Made by a program: the position numbers and the translations under genes
From: an uncultured Bacteroidota bacterium
GTDB taxonomy: Bacteria > Bacteroidota > Ignavibacteria > UBA10030 > UBA8401
DNA: 64,000 nt
Assembly: GCA_963827085.1 (NCBI GenBank)
Contig: CAWGZY010000001.1
Coordinates: 117,837-181,836, forward strand
Direction of reading: 5' to 3'
The notes under the pieces: generated by a model
The model's database searches: none
Seen by the model: only the letters and a program-made list of their open reading frames with translations
What the model was told of the DNA's origin: nothing
Shown: in pieces, positions 1 to 10,127 of the stretch
Layout: every line of letters begins with the position of its first letter
Numbering within the stretch: the stretch's first letter is position 1

Positions 1-65
1 CCGATGGAACCGGTGGACCCAAGGATAGCGATGTTTTTTTGCCGGGAGTGCAATGACAAAACCAT
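1..65 (-). CDS. dxr: 1-deoxy-D-xylulose 5-phosphate reductoisomerase, 5' end only (runs off the window)
   Basis: Not in the ORF track. The minus strand reads MVLSLHSRQKNIAILGSTGSIG, the NADPH-binding N-terminal signature of Dxr. The start codon is uncertain. Confidence 0.85.
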   Translation of the reverse strand, partial: MVLSLHSRQKNIAILGSTGSI

Positions 66-207
66 TTTATTCTTTCAAAAATGTAACTAAATGTTGAGAG
101 TAAGTCAAGATAACCGCTTTTGCATTGCATTTAAAAGCGGTTTCGATTATATTCCTTCTTCAAATCAGTTTAATACCAATAGCTTGCAGTAAGGAGTTCG
201 TTAGGGT

Positions 208-2301
208 ATGCCTATAATGACCAAAATGCGCGACAGTATGCCGGTCATTCTCATCGCGCTTGTAATATTATTTGTCGTTATGATCGTCTTTGAATGGGGG
301 ATGGATTACCTCGGAATCAAGTCCGGCCGCCATGACTACGTGGGAATCATCGACGGAAAGAAAATTACGTATCAGGAGTTTTCGGAGCTCGTGAAGCGGG
401 CTGCAGAAAACCAGAAAAAGCAAACGGGACAAGACCCGGAAGAAGAGACGATGAAAGAGATTCGTGATCAAATCTGGAACAGCCTGATTGCTTCCACCCT
501 TGTTGCTAAGGAGACTCAGCGGGCTGGCATCACGGTGTCTGACCAGGAACTCGTCGATTGGGTGAAAGGAGACAATCCGCCGCAATTCTTGATGCAGCAA
601 TTCGAGGATTCGACCGGCAAGTTTAACCGGGCGGCGTACGACCAGACGATCAACGACCCCAAAAACAAAGACATCATGATTCAAGTGGAAACCGGTCTCA
701 GGGAGCAGCGGCTGTCCGAAAAAATGCAGAGCCTTATTTTTGCGGCAGTGCGCGTAACACCGGGGGAAATTCAGGAACGGTTTGAGAACCAGAGCACAAA
801 GCTCGAAGCGCAGTACGCTTTATTCGACCCCAACAGATTCTTTTCCGACAGTGCCGCTTCGGTTACCGACGACGATCTGAAAAAATATTACAATGAGAAC
901 CAGGAAGAATTTAACGCGAAAGCATCACGCAAACTGAAGTATGTGCTGTTCGGCGACCAGCCGTCGGCAAAAGATTCACAGGATGTGCTCGTTGAAGCGA
1001 ACAACATTATCCAGCAGTCGAAAGCCGGAATCGATTTTCTTGAACTCCAAAAATCATACTCGGAAACGCCGACGCCTCCTGCCTATTTCAAACACGGGCA
1101 GTTGTCGCAGGAAAAGGAGGAAGCCGTTTTCGGAGCGGCGGTCGGAGACGTTGCAGGCCCGGTGAAAGATTTTACCGGTTACCATGTCATGAAAATTCTT
1201 GAAGAAAAAAATGGAACCGACGTGTTCGTCCATGCGAGGCATATCCTGCTGAGCGTTAACGGAGGAGATGAATCGGCGGTCATGAAGCAAGCAAACGAGC
1301 TGATCGCTCGTGCGCGCAAAGGCGAAGATTTTGCGAACCTTGCACGGCAGTATTCTACTGAACCGAGTGCATCAACAACCGGCGGCGACCTCGGCTGGTT
1401 TGGCAAAGGGAAGATGGTCAAGGCGTTTGAAGATGTGGCACTGAAAGGGAAGCCTGGTCAAATCCTCGGTCCCGTGAAGACACAATTCGGGATTCACATT
1501 ATCAAGATCGAGGGGAGGGACAGCCGAGAGGTGAAGATTGCCGACATTACGCTTCCCATCAAGACCAGCCAGCAGACCAAAGACGACGCGTTCCAGCGGG
1601 CTCAAGACTTTGCGTACGTTGCCAAGGACGGGAAGCTTGAAAAGGATGCCGAAGGATTCGGCCTGCAGGTGCGAGAAACGCCCGCGTTCCCTAAAGGCGG
1701 GATGATTCCGGGTGTCGGCTTCAACGACGCGATTTCGAAGTTTGCCTTCGAGAAGGATTTGGGAGACATCAGTGAACCATATCAAGTGAACGGCGGCGTT
1801 GCGGTGTTCAAGATTTCTGAAGTGAAGAAGGAAGGCATTCGTCCATTCGATGAAGTAAAAGGTCTCTTGCAGCCGCGCGTTTTGCGAAAGAAGAAAATGG
1901 CGATGATGAATGAGGCAGTTGCAAAACTGCGTTCATCAATGAACGATTCCCTTGACCTCTCATCGCTGGCTGCTTCCGATGCCAGGATCACCGTTCAATC
2001 AACGGGACAGTTTTCCCCGACAGGAACAATCCCAACCATTGGGCGGGACAACGCTTTTCTCGGTGTCGCGATGACTTTGCCGTTGCAAAAGATCTCCCAG
2101 CCTGTTGAAGGAGAGAGAGGATATTATCTCATCAAGCTCGTAAGTAAAACTCCCTTTGATTCCACAGGTTTTAATATGCAGAAGAACATCCTCGCCGCTC
2201 AAATGTTGCAGGAAAAGAAACAGCGTATCGTTAACGAATGGCTCGCGAACTTAAAAACCAAAGCTGACATTGAAGACCTGCGGGATATGTTTTACCGTTA
2301 G
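208..2301 (+). CDS. ppiD: PpiD/SurA-like membrane-anchored parvulin peptidyl-prolyl isomerase
   Basis: N-terminal TM helix, SurA-N-like region, parvulin motifs ARHILL, FANLARQYS, GGDLGWF, GPVKTQFGIHIIK; RBS aaggag upstream. Confidence 0.88.
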   Translation: MPIMTKMRDSMPVILIALVILFVVMIVFEWGMDYLGIKSGRHDYVGIIDGKKITYQEFSELVKRAAENQKKQTGQDPEEETMKEIRDQIWNSLIASTLVAKETQRAGITVSDQELVDWVKGDNPPQFLMQQFEDSTGKFNRAAYDQTINDPKNKDIMIQVETGLREQRLSEKMQSLIFAAVRVTPGEIQERFENQSTKLEAQYALFDPNRFFSDSAASVTDDDLKKYYNENQEEFNAKASRKLKYVLFGDQPSAKDSQDVLVEANNIIQQSKAGIDFLELQKSYSETPTPPAYFKHGQLSQEKEEAVFGAAVGDVAGPVKDFTGYHVMKILEEKNGTDVFVHARHILLSVNGGDESAVMKQANELIARARKGEDFANLARQYSTEPSASTTGGDLGWFGKGKMVKAFEDVALKGKPGQILGPVKTQFGIHIIKIEGRDSREVKIADITLPIKTSQQTKDDAFQRAQDFAYVAKDGKLEKDAEGFGLQVRETPAFPKGGMIPGVGFNDAISKFAFEKDLGDISEPYQVNGGVAVFKISEVKKEGIRPFDEVKGLLQPRVLRKKKMAMMNEAVAKLRSSMNDSLDLSSLAASDARITVQSTGQFSPTGTIPTIGRDNAFLGVAMTLPLQKISQPVEGERGYYLIKLVSKTPFDSTGFNMQKNILAAQMLQEKKQRIVNEWLANLKTKADIEDLRDMFYR

Positions 2302-2770
2302 ACCCGCGCGCAGACCCAAATTCTGCGCTGCGCACATTGATTTTGTCGAGCGATTGTACTCTCCGTTATGCGGAATGATCAATAAGTTTTTTTGATGAAA
2401 CCACGATAGAAATTCTCATTCCGCACGACGGTTTTACCTGCTGGCTCAAATTAATTTTTTCTTGGTAACTTCCGAAGCCGAAGTTGTGATTCATATTGTA
2501 TTTATGCTTCATCCCACCAGACCTCCAGGCACGTCGCATCCGACAAACCCGCCCGGACATCCCCAAAATAGAAATGCGTTTTTTTTGTAAAAACTTTATT
2601 GCCTGGCAGCAATGTTCTCGGAACTGAAGAATTGACCGTAGTAGCTATGTATATTCTTTTCGCAGTGATATTTGAACCCTAGACATAAAATCGGTTTTTG
2701 ATTTTGCTATGCAAATTCTTAGATTAACGTTGCACTTCATTGGGAAAAACAATTAACTGTAAAACAGCCG

Positions 2771-4654
2771 TTGAATCAAAACAGCGAAAACCCGAAGACA
2801 ATAAAAAAAATCACGTTCGCCATCAGCGAGATGTTCGATGTGCTGCGGTCGCGCCTTCAATTCGGGAGCGTCAGGCTGCTTGTCATCTACAACAAAATTG
2901 TTCCCACAGAAAATCAAAGACTTTTTGTATTAACGCTTATTATCGGCGCTGTTTGCGGCTTCGCCGCGGTAGCTTTTCATCTCAGCATCAAGTTGCTTGA
3001 GGGGTATTTAATCAACAGAGCTTTTGGGGCGGCTTATCCCTCATCAGCTTTGTGGATTATTTTGACTCCCGCGCTTGGCGGCTTGGTTTGCGGTCTGCTC
3101 TTATATTATGTGGCGCCCGGTGCGCGGGGGAGCGGAATTCCTCAAGTGAAAGTCGCATTCTTTATGAAGGAAGACCGCATACCGTTCCGCGATGTCATCG
3201 GAAAATTCTTTATTGGAGCAATACAGATAGGATCGGGCTCGTCGTTGGGGCGCGAGGGACCGACAGTGCAAATTTGCGCAGGAATAGCGAGCCAGTTGGG
3301 TCGCAGTGCCGCGTTATCGCGGCAGAACCTGCGCCGCCTTCTTCCGGTCGGAGCCGCTGCCGGCATCGCGGCGGCATTTAACGCACCCATCGCTGCTGTG
3401 ACTTTTACAATCGAAGAAATTATCGGGACTCTCGACCAAACAGTATTATCAGGAGTGATCGTAGCAGCCGCACTCGCCGCTGTGATCGAGCGGAACGTCC
3501 TCGGCGAACATCCCGTTCTGGAAGTTCTTCAAGTCTATGGATTGCATCATGCGACATCACTTATTCTTTATGCCGTTCTCGGTGTTATTGCAAGCGGCGC
3601 ATCGATAGCATTCACCGACTCCCTCTTGAGCCTCAGAAAATGGTTCCAACGGAACACGTGGCTGCCCAAATGGGCACAGCCCGCTATCGGAGGAGGTGTA
3701 ACCGGGATCCTCGCTGTCGCTGCGCTTGTGTGGCTTCATTCTGGCGGTATCACAGGTGGGGGATATGAGACGCTGTCATTTGCTCTTGCCGGAAAATTGA
3801 CTGTGAAGGCGTTGGTCGTCCTCGCGATTATGAAAATCCTTGCGACAGTTTTTTCTTACAGCAGCGGTGGTGCAGGAGGTATTTTTGCGCCGGCGCTCTT
3901 TATTGGGAGTATGGTTGGGGGCGTGGTCGGTTATTTGGACGTTAGTTTATTGAACCATGCTCCGGATGAAATCGGAGCTTTTGCCCTGGTTGGAATGGGA
4001 GCAGTATTTGCGGGAATTATCAGGGCGCCGATTACCTCCGTTCTCATTATTATTGAAATGACGGGGGGGTATTCATTGATTCTTCCCCTGATGATTGCTA
4101 ACATGATTACGTACGGTTTGGTACGTCATTGGCGGCCGCTTCCGGTCTATGATGCGTTGCTGGCACAGGACGGAATTCATCTCCCTCACGGAGAAGGATC
4201 GTCAATCAATGGTTTAGACCAGCTAAAGGTTGGCGCTGCGATGAGTGCCAAGAACGTTCTCGCACTCAAAGGGTCGATGAGTATCGAACAAGCTTTTGAG
4301 CTTATTGCAATCTATAATTTTTCATCTTTTCCTGTGTTGGATAACGCCGGGAAGTATCTCGGGTTGGTCAGCGAATCTACACTTCGGCGGATGCTTGCAG
4401 AAGGGAAGCGCGGAGTGCATCTTCGCGAGATAGTGCGTGGTCACTCTGAATTATACGCCGATGACACCCTTGCGCGCGCTGTTGTTATGATGGAAAAATT
4501 TGAAAGACGGCAGCTCGGTGTTGTCGATCGGGCAGGCAAACACTCGCTCATCGGAATCATAACAATGGGAGACATCATTCATGCGCAAACTCATGCCGCT
4601 CTGGAAGCCGACATTACCGCTCTCCCTGAGACGCTTACTCCGCGTCAGGATTAA
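2771..4654 (+). CDS. ClC-family Cl-/H+ antiporter with C-terminal CBS pair
   Basis: Signature motifs GSGIP, GREGP, FNAP, GGIFAP; C-terminal CBS-like repeats. Start may be ATG 2831. Confidence 0.92.
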   Translation: MNQNSENPKTIKKITFAISEMFDVLRSRLQFGSVRLLVIYNKIVPTENQRLFVLTLIIGAVCGFAAVAFHLSIKLLEGYLINRAFGAAYPSSALWIILTPALGGLVCGLLLYYVAPGARGSGIPQVKVAFFMKEDRIPFRDVIGKFFIGAIQIGSGSSLGREGPTVQICAGIASQLGRSAALSRQNLRRLLPVGAAAGIAAAFNAPIAAVTFTIEEIIGTLDQTVLSGVIVAAALAAVIERNVLGEHPVLEVLQVYGLHHATSLILYAVLGVIASGASIAFTDSLLSLRKWFQRNTWLPKWAQPAIGGGVTGILAVAALVWLHSGGITGGGYETLSFALAGKLTVKALVVLAIMKILATVFSYSSGGAGGIFAPALFIGSMVGGVVGYLDVSLLNHAPDEIGAFALVGMGAVFAGIIRAPITSVLIIIEMTGGYSLILPLMIANMITYGLVRHWRPLPVYDALLAQDGIHLPHGEGSSINGLDQLKVGAAMSAKNVLALKGSMSIEQAFELIAIYNFSSFPVLDNAGKYLGLVSESTLRRMLAEGKRGVHLREIVRGHSELYADDTLARAVVMMEKFERRQLGVVDRAGKHSLIGIITMGDIIHAQTHAALEADITALPETLTPRQD

Positions 4655-4739
4655 AAGTGATGAATATGGGGAACCGATAAAGGGTGCCGGTTTGATGATG
4701 ATGCGCGCCCGGTGGAATTTCACATACTAAATTTTCCGA

Positions 4740-5516
4740 ATGGGACGAAAGTTTAAACGCTTCCTTTTTACAAGTTATGCTGCCCTTTTTTTGTTGTTCT
4801 TTGGCCTGCAGTATTTTATGAAAGCTGCGCTCGGTGAAGAGGGGAGGTATACTACGTTATTGTCCTATGACCATGAAGTTGTCATAGTGATGGAGGACAT
4901 TTTACTTTCTCTCCAACAGGCGGAATCGAATCGCCGCGGATATATCTTGACGAACAACCGGGATTTTATTCAAGATTACAACTCGGCGGTCAAATCGGTG
5001 CAACAATCATTCCTTTACCTCAAACAGTTGAATATGAGCGGCGGGTACCGGGATGAGTTCCTCGATTCACTGGGAGCTTCTATTAATGACAGGATCGAGA
5101 TTCTTAAGTCCTCGATCGACTTGGCGATGTCCAACAACTCTTCGGATTCCGCCCAGGCTGTTCTTACCGGCAAAGGAAAAGAACTGATGGAGTCGATCCG
5201 CAGTACAATTCTTGAACTCGTAAAAGAAAGGCGAAATTCACGCGACGACAGTTCCCGTGCGTTAAAACAAGTCAACATGGAAATTAACACTCTTTATGAA
5301 ATCGCTTTAGTTGTCATCGTCGTAGCCGGCGGCGGCCTTGCCGCCGCCACCTATTTTTCCTTTAGGAAGATTCATAACACGGAAGATGGGCTGCGACGAG
5401 AGTTGTTTCAGGCGAGACAGCAGGTTCAACATGCAACCTCCCGTTATCAGGATTTGAAGATTGAATTGAAGGAAAAGCTCAATTCGGATGAAGGCGAGCC
5501 GCCGGCAAATCCGTGA
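4740..5516 (+). CDS. CHASE3-domain membrane protein without a catalytic output domain
   Basis: TM, then LQQAESNRRGYILT...GKELMESIR (CHASE3-like), second TM and a short coiled coil. Confidence 0.75.
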   Translation: MGRKFKRFLFTSYAALFLLFFGLQYFMKAALGEEGRYTTLLSYDHEVVIVMEDILLSLQQAESNRRGYILTNNRDFIQDYNSAVKSVQQSFLYLKQLNMSGGYRDEFLDSLGASINDRIEILKSSIDLAMSNNSSDSAQAVLTGKGKELMESIRSTILELVKERRNSRDDSSRALKQVNMEINTLYEIALVVIVVAGGGLAAATYFSFRKIHNTEDGLRRELFQARQQVQHATSRYQDLKIELKEKLNSDEGEPPANP

Positions 5517-5631
5517 GATGGCACGCCATCGGTGCAAATATTTCGCATCGTTGATTTATTTTTGCGTATTTTATTGATTGTGTTCCATGTCAACCATCTC
5601 CCATAACACTTTCGCTGACAGCAGCATTCGT

Positions 5632-6189
5632 ATGGAAGACAACCACAAACGATTGATAATTTTCTTGACTGGATTTATGGGGAGCGGGAAAAGCACCATC
5701 GGTCCTATTCTTGCCAACACCATAGGATATAATTTTGTCGACCTGGACCTTTTCATCGAACAAAAGAAAAAGCGGAAAATCGGCGATATATTCAAAGAGG
5801 AAGGTGAAAGAGCATTCAGGGAAATGGAACGGACATTTCTCAAAGAGGTCGCCGGGGCTCCTCGTTCGGTTATTTCACTTGGCGGGGGAACCATTACGGA
5901 CCAAGATTCGCTCGACCTTGTGAAAGAATCGGGTGTTCTGGTGTATCTGAAAGTCAATCCGGAGTATATCTATAAACGTCTCCGCACCAAGAGCGACCGG
6001 CCGATGCTGCGCACTGCCGACGGAGAGTTGATGGACGCAGAACAATTGCAGATCCGTATCGATGAATTGTTGTCGAAGAGGAAGGGCTACTACGAACAAG
6101 CGCATGTTATTATCCATACCGACGATAAAAAAATCGGAAATACAATTGACGAACTTGTAAAAATGTTACGGCATCATATTGAAGACTAA
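5632..6189 (+). CDS. aroK: shikimate kinase
   Basis: IFLTGFMGSGKST P-loop, DLD, GERAFR, LGGG, RPML. Start chosen at ATG 5632 (ORF opens at 5578). Confidence 0.95.
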   Translation: MEDNHKRLIIFLTGFMGSGKSTIGPILANTIGYNFVDLDLFIEQKKKRKIGDIFKEEGERAFREMERTFLKEVAGAPRSVISLGGGTITDQDSLDLVKESGVLVYLKVNPEYIYKRLRTKSDRPMLRTADGELMDAEQLQIRIDELLSKRKGYYEQAHVIIHTDDKKIGNTIDELVKMLRHHIED

Positions 6190-7309
6190 TACTCGCTGTA
6201 AAACTGTCCGTGTTCCGCTTGGCAAGCGGAGCTATCCGATTTATCTCGGCACGTCAATTCTTCCGTCGATCGGTTCGCTTTTTCAGCGGCACCGCATGCC
6301 TAAAACGGCTGTTATCATCACGGACAGAAACGTAGCGCGGCTTTATTTGAGGAGAGTTAAAGAAAGTCTTGCCGCCTCGGGGTTTATTGTGCGGTCGATC
6401 ATCATTCCTGCCGGTGAAGGACAAAAGAATCTCCACCGTGCAAATGCAATATATTCAGACTTGCTCCGGTGGAATATAGAGCGTCAATCGACGATCGTAG
6501 CGTTGGGCGGAGGAGTCGTCGGCGACCTTGCGGGTTTTATTGCATCGACGTACCAACGTGGAGTTCGCTTTGTGCAGGTGCCGACCACACTGCTTGCTCA
6601 GGTCGATTCTTCCGTAGGAGGAAAAGTGGGCGTTAACCATGCGCTTGGGAAGAATATGGTGGGAACATTTTATCAACCGGATTTTGTCGCTGCGGATATC
6701 GAAACGCTCCAAACTCTTCCGCGGCGTGAAATCGTCTGCGGCCTTGGCGAGGTGCTCAAGTACGGTATCATCATGGACAGGAAATTCTTTGCGTACACCG
6801 TGAAGCACACCGATACCATCCTATCCAAAAACAACGCACACCTTATCAGAATCGTCGGTGAGTGTTGCCGGATGAAAGCGGATATTGTCTCACGGGATGA
6901 ACGGGAAAGGAACCTCCGCGCCATTCTTAATTTCGGACATACCGTTGGACATGCTTTAGAACATGCGGGAAATTATCGTTTGCTAAGACACGGCGAAGCC
7001 ATCCTCCTCGGAATGGTTGCCGAAACGTTCGCCGCTCTCCGTCTCGGATTAATTACTCCGATGGCAGCCGGACGAATCGAAAACGCCGTTCTCTCAATTC
7101 CTCTGCCGTCTTTGCGCGGCGTAAAATTTTCTCCGTCAAAGCTTCTCTCGACAATGCGCGTCGACAAAAAGGTCTCCGACGGAAAAATCAGGCTCGTGCT
7201 TCCGACGTCAATTGGAAAAGCGACGCTGGCAATCCCCGTCGACGAAAATATTATCCTCGACTCACTCTCGTATCTTCAAGGATTTTTGGCTTCGCGCAAA
7301 CTACTGTGA
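6179..7309 (+). CDS. aroB: 3-dehydroquinate synthase
   Basis: ALGGGVVGDLAGF, PTTLLAQVDSSVGGK, LNFGHTVGHALE, HGEA; overlaps the aroK stop. Confidence 0.96.
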   Translation: MKTNTRCKTVRVPLGKRSYPIYLGTSILPSIGSLFQRHRMPKTAVIITDRNVARLYLRRVKESLAASGFIVRSIIIPAGEGQKNLHRANAIYSDLLRWNIERQSTIVALGGGVVGDLAGFIASTYQRGVRFVQVPTTLLAQVDSSVGGKVGVNHALGKNMVGTFYQPDFVAADIETLQTLPRREIVCGLGEVLKYGIIMDRKFFAYTVKHTDTILSKNNAHLIRIVGECCRMKADIVSRDERERNLRAILNFGHTVGHALEHAGNYRLLRHGEAILLGMVAETFAALRLGLITPMAAGRIENAVLSIPLPSLRGVKFSPSKLLSTMRVDKKVSDGKIRLVLPTSIGKATLAIPVDENIILDSLSYLQGFLASRKLL

Positions 7310-7365
7310 TTACTCTGATGGCTCAGATTTTGCCGCAGACTGCAGGTTTATAGATACTTTCTATT

Positions 7366-8748
7366 TTACTTCCTCCCATCGCCGGCCAATATTTCTAATT
7401 CCCGGATCAATTGCGGAACGAATGCAAGATGTTCCGGCTTCATCAACGCACTGCGTAAAATCGTCATCATTTCGCGGTCGGGGTTGACCTGCGGGTGAAG
7501 CTGTTTTGCGTGTTTTGAATGAACATGGAGCAGGGCAAGGAATAATGGATGAGTGGAATGGTGCATTCCGTCCGAAAATATTTTTTCCGATCGTTGAGTG
7601 ATGAGTGAAGCTGCCAACGGTTTTGTTCTTGGGAAATAGGTAACGATATCAAGTTCCGGTTTGACAAACTCACTGAGTATGCTGCTGGAAGCAATGAGTC
7701 TCGAGAATTCGAGAGCAGCACGCCTGGTTTTTGACAGAATGGCTCCGAGACCCGCTTCAGGGTGCAACGGAATGCATTGCAGAGTGAACCAGAGCGCTGC
7801 TGCGGCTGCACCGGGACGCGAGCATTCAAGGCTGATCTCGCCGAGATGCAAATCATTCGAGGTGAAATAGGTATACGGCGAATCATGCTTGTAGAATCTT
7901 CCCGCTGACGGATCGCTGAACAATATGCAGCCGCAGCCGTACGGCTGCAGTCCGTGCTTGTGCGGGTCGACGACGATGCTGTCGCACTCGAATAAATGGA
8001 GATATGGTGCGGCGTTAATGAGCGAAGACTTTTGTTGCGCGAGCAGCATGAAGAATCCGCCGTACGCAGCATCGGCATGAACGCGGACGTTATGGTTCCT
8101 GCAGAGGGGAATGATTTTTTCCAGAGGATCGAGCGCTCCAAGGGATGTTGTACCGATCGTTGCCACCACCGTGCCGACTTTTCCCGCCTTCAATGCTTTT
8201 TCAAGTGCATCGCAGTCTATTCTTCCAAATTCATCAGATGGAATTTCCATCGACTCTGCTCCGATAACTTCGCACATCCGTTTATGCGTATAGTGGGCGG
8301 AAGCCGAAAACGCAATACCTTTCTTTGGATGAAGAGATCGCGCGACCCAGAGAGCTTCAAGATTCGCAATTGTGCCGCTGCTGGTGAGATGTCCGAGATG
8401 CTTTTCGTAACCGAACATGCGGGCAAGGTCTGCGACCACCTCAATTTCCATCTTGGCCGTCGCCGGTCCGCCGTCCAGTGCATGATTGTTGGGGTTAATT
8501 TTCATTGCCATCTGATACGTCGCCGCTGCAATAGGATGAGGCGGCTTTAACATCTGTCCGGCATAACGAGGATGAAAGAAAGGATAATTCTCTTTCATGC
8601 GTTCGGCAAATTCATCAGCCACTTTGTCGACAAGCAGAGGGTCAACCTTCAGCGTTTCATCATCCACGAATTCTCCCCATGTAGATTCCCATTCGTTTTC
8701 TAATGCCGCAAGGCGCTCGGACAACATCTCATATTTTGGTGATTTCAT
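7366..8748 (-). CDS. group II PLP-dependent decarboxylase family protein (substrate unknown)
   Basis: TSSGTIANLEAL, HADAAYGG, DPHK PLP-lysine motif. Confidence 0.85.
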   Translation of the reverse strand: MKSPKYEMLSERLAALENEWESTWGEFVDDETLKVDPLLVDKVADEFAERMKENYPFFHPRYAGQMLKPPHPIAAATYQMAMKINPNNHALDGGPATAKMEIEVVADLARMFGYEKHLGHLTSSGTIANLEALWVARSLHPKKGIAFSASAHYTHKRMCEVIGAESMEIPSDEFGRIDCDALEKALKAGKVGTVVATIGTTSLGALDPLEKIIPLCRNHNVRVHADAAYGGFFMLLAQQKSSLINAAPYLHLFECDSIVVDPHKHGLQPYGCGCILFSDPSAGRFYKHDSPYTYFTSNDLHLGEISLECSRPGAAAAALWFTLQCIPLHPEAGLGAILSKTRRAALEFSRLIASSSILSEFVKPELDIVTYFPRTKPLAASLITQRSEKIFSDGMHHSTHPLFLALLHVHSKHAKQLHPQVNPDREMMTILRSALMKPEHLAFVPQLIRELEILAGDGRK

Positions 8749-8844
8749 ACGCTAATTCTTTTTATTGGCAATATAATCTGAGAAGAGTCCCGATGCAAGA
8801 GATTGCTGAAAATTGAGAGTTGTGAAATTCATTTGACATGCTAC

Positions 8845-8900
8845 TTTAACAAAAGTCTTAATTTACTATTAATTAATGGGGGGATAACACTCTGATAACG
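8845..8900 (+). promoter_or_regulatory. Pho-box-like phased direct repeats upstream of the GT4 operon
   Basis: TTAAC 8846, TTAAT 8858, TTAAT 8869, then ATAAC 8884 and 8895 (11-12 bp phasing). Confidence 0.4.
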
Positions 8901-8944
8901 GCAACTTCCTACTTTTGTGCATGCAAATGAGGAAGGAAGCCTAA

Positions 8945-10087
8945 ATGAAAATTGCATATTTCAATGCAAACCTGAAAGTAGGTCAGGACGGTGTCACGCG
9001 CTGTATCTACAAAATGGTCGAGGGTGTTGTCGAACGGGGGCACAAAGCGATTGCAATCACGTCAACGCTCCCGATAGGCGAATCGCAAATACCGGTGTAT
9101 GGCGTTCCGTCGGTTGTCCTGCCGCTTCAAAAAAATTATCGCATTGCTCTTCCCGGGTATCAGTCCTTTGCAAAGTATTTGCATGAATTTCAACCTGATA
9201 TTCTGCATATCAACAGTCCTTGCACGCTCGGTTTTGCAGCAGTGAAATACGCGCGGCATTTCAGCATTCCGGTTATCGCAACGTACCACACGCATTTTCC
9301 GACTTATCCGAGATATTACAATCTTACCAGTTTTGAAGATTTGGCGTGGCGGGTTTTGCGCCGCCTCTACAATAACGTGGACCGTACTCTCGTGCCGACG
9401 AATCCGATTCTGCAGGAACTTCGCGATCATGGCGTAGAGCGCCTTAATTATCTTCCGAACGGAGTTGACACGGCAGTATTCAATCCGCTGAACCGATCGA
9501 ATGAATGGCGGCAGAGATTCAGCAGCGGAGAGAAACCGATTATCCTATTTGTCAGCAGGCTCGTGTGGGAAAAAGATTTGCGCATTTTGGCGCAGACGTA
9601 TCACGAACTTCGTTCGAAGCGAAACGATTTCGAAATGGTTATCGTTGGCGACGGCCATGCCCGTCAAGAATTGCAGGCGATGATGCCCGGCGCGCATTTC
9701 CTCGGATACCAATCGGGGAAAACGTTATCGGAGAGTTTTGCGTCGGCGGATGTTTTTGTTTTTCCGTCAACGACAGAAACATTCGGGCTTGTGACGCTGG
9801 AGGCGATGGCTTCCGGGCTGGCTCCCGTAGCGGCAAAAGTAGGCGGTGCAGTAGAAATTATCCAGGAAGGGCGCTCGGGATTATTCGCCGAGCCGCTGAG
9901 CAGCCCCGATCTTACAAAAAAAGTAGAATGGCTTCTCGACAATCCTAATCACAGAAAGGTCATTGCAGACCATGCACTCGCTCGTGCACAACAGTATCGA
10001 TGGGAACGAATTCTCGACCAGCTTTTTGAGAGCTACACGGAAGTTATCGAGGAGTTCCGTCTCCGACGTTTCCCGCGCGCAGCCTGA
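8945..10087 (+). CDS. GT4 (GT-B) glycosyltransferase, glycolipid-synthase-like (MgtA/Agt/SqdX type)
   Basis: DGV at the N-terminus, ATYHTHF, VSRLVWEK, FPSTTETFGLVTLEAMASG (EX7E). Confidence 0.9.
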   Translation: MKIAYFNANLKVGQDGVTRCIYKMVEGVVERGHKAIAITSTLPIGESQIPVYGVPSVVLPLQKNYRIALPGYQSFAKYLHEFQPDILHINSPCTLGFAAVKYARHFSIPVIATYHTHFPTYPRYYNLTSFEDLAWRVLRRLYNNVDRTLVPTNPILQELRDHGVERLNYLPNGVDTAVFNPLNRSNEWRQRFSSGEKPIILFVSRLVWEKDLRILAQTYHELRSKRNDFEMVIVGDGHARQELQAMMPGAHFLGYQSGKTLSESFASADVFVFPSTTETFGLVTLEAMASGLAPVAAKVGGAVEIIQEGRSGLFAEPLSSPDLTKKVEWLLDNPNHRKVIADHALARAQQYRWERILDQLFESYTEVIEEFRLRRFPRAA

Positions 10088-10127
10088 GACACGGTTCGCC
10101 GGGCATACGAGTCACCACAAAAGGCCG

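Noticed and set aside
2366-2566. Small minus-strand ORF between ppiD and ClC
   Set aside because: No RBS or motif; likely spurious, as are the many short ORFs antisense to the long genes.
2302-2830. Fluoride riboswitch / fluoride exporter for the ClC gene
   Set aside because: No crcB-motif sequence is visible, and the protein has the GSGIP/GREGP chloride-type signature.
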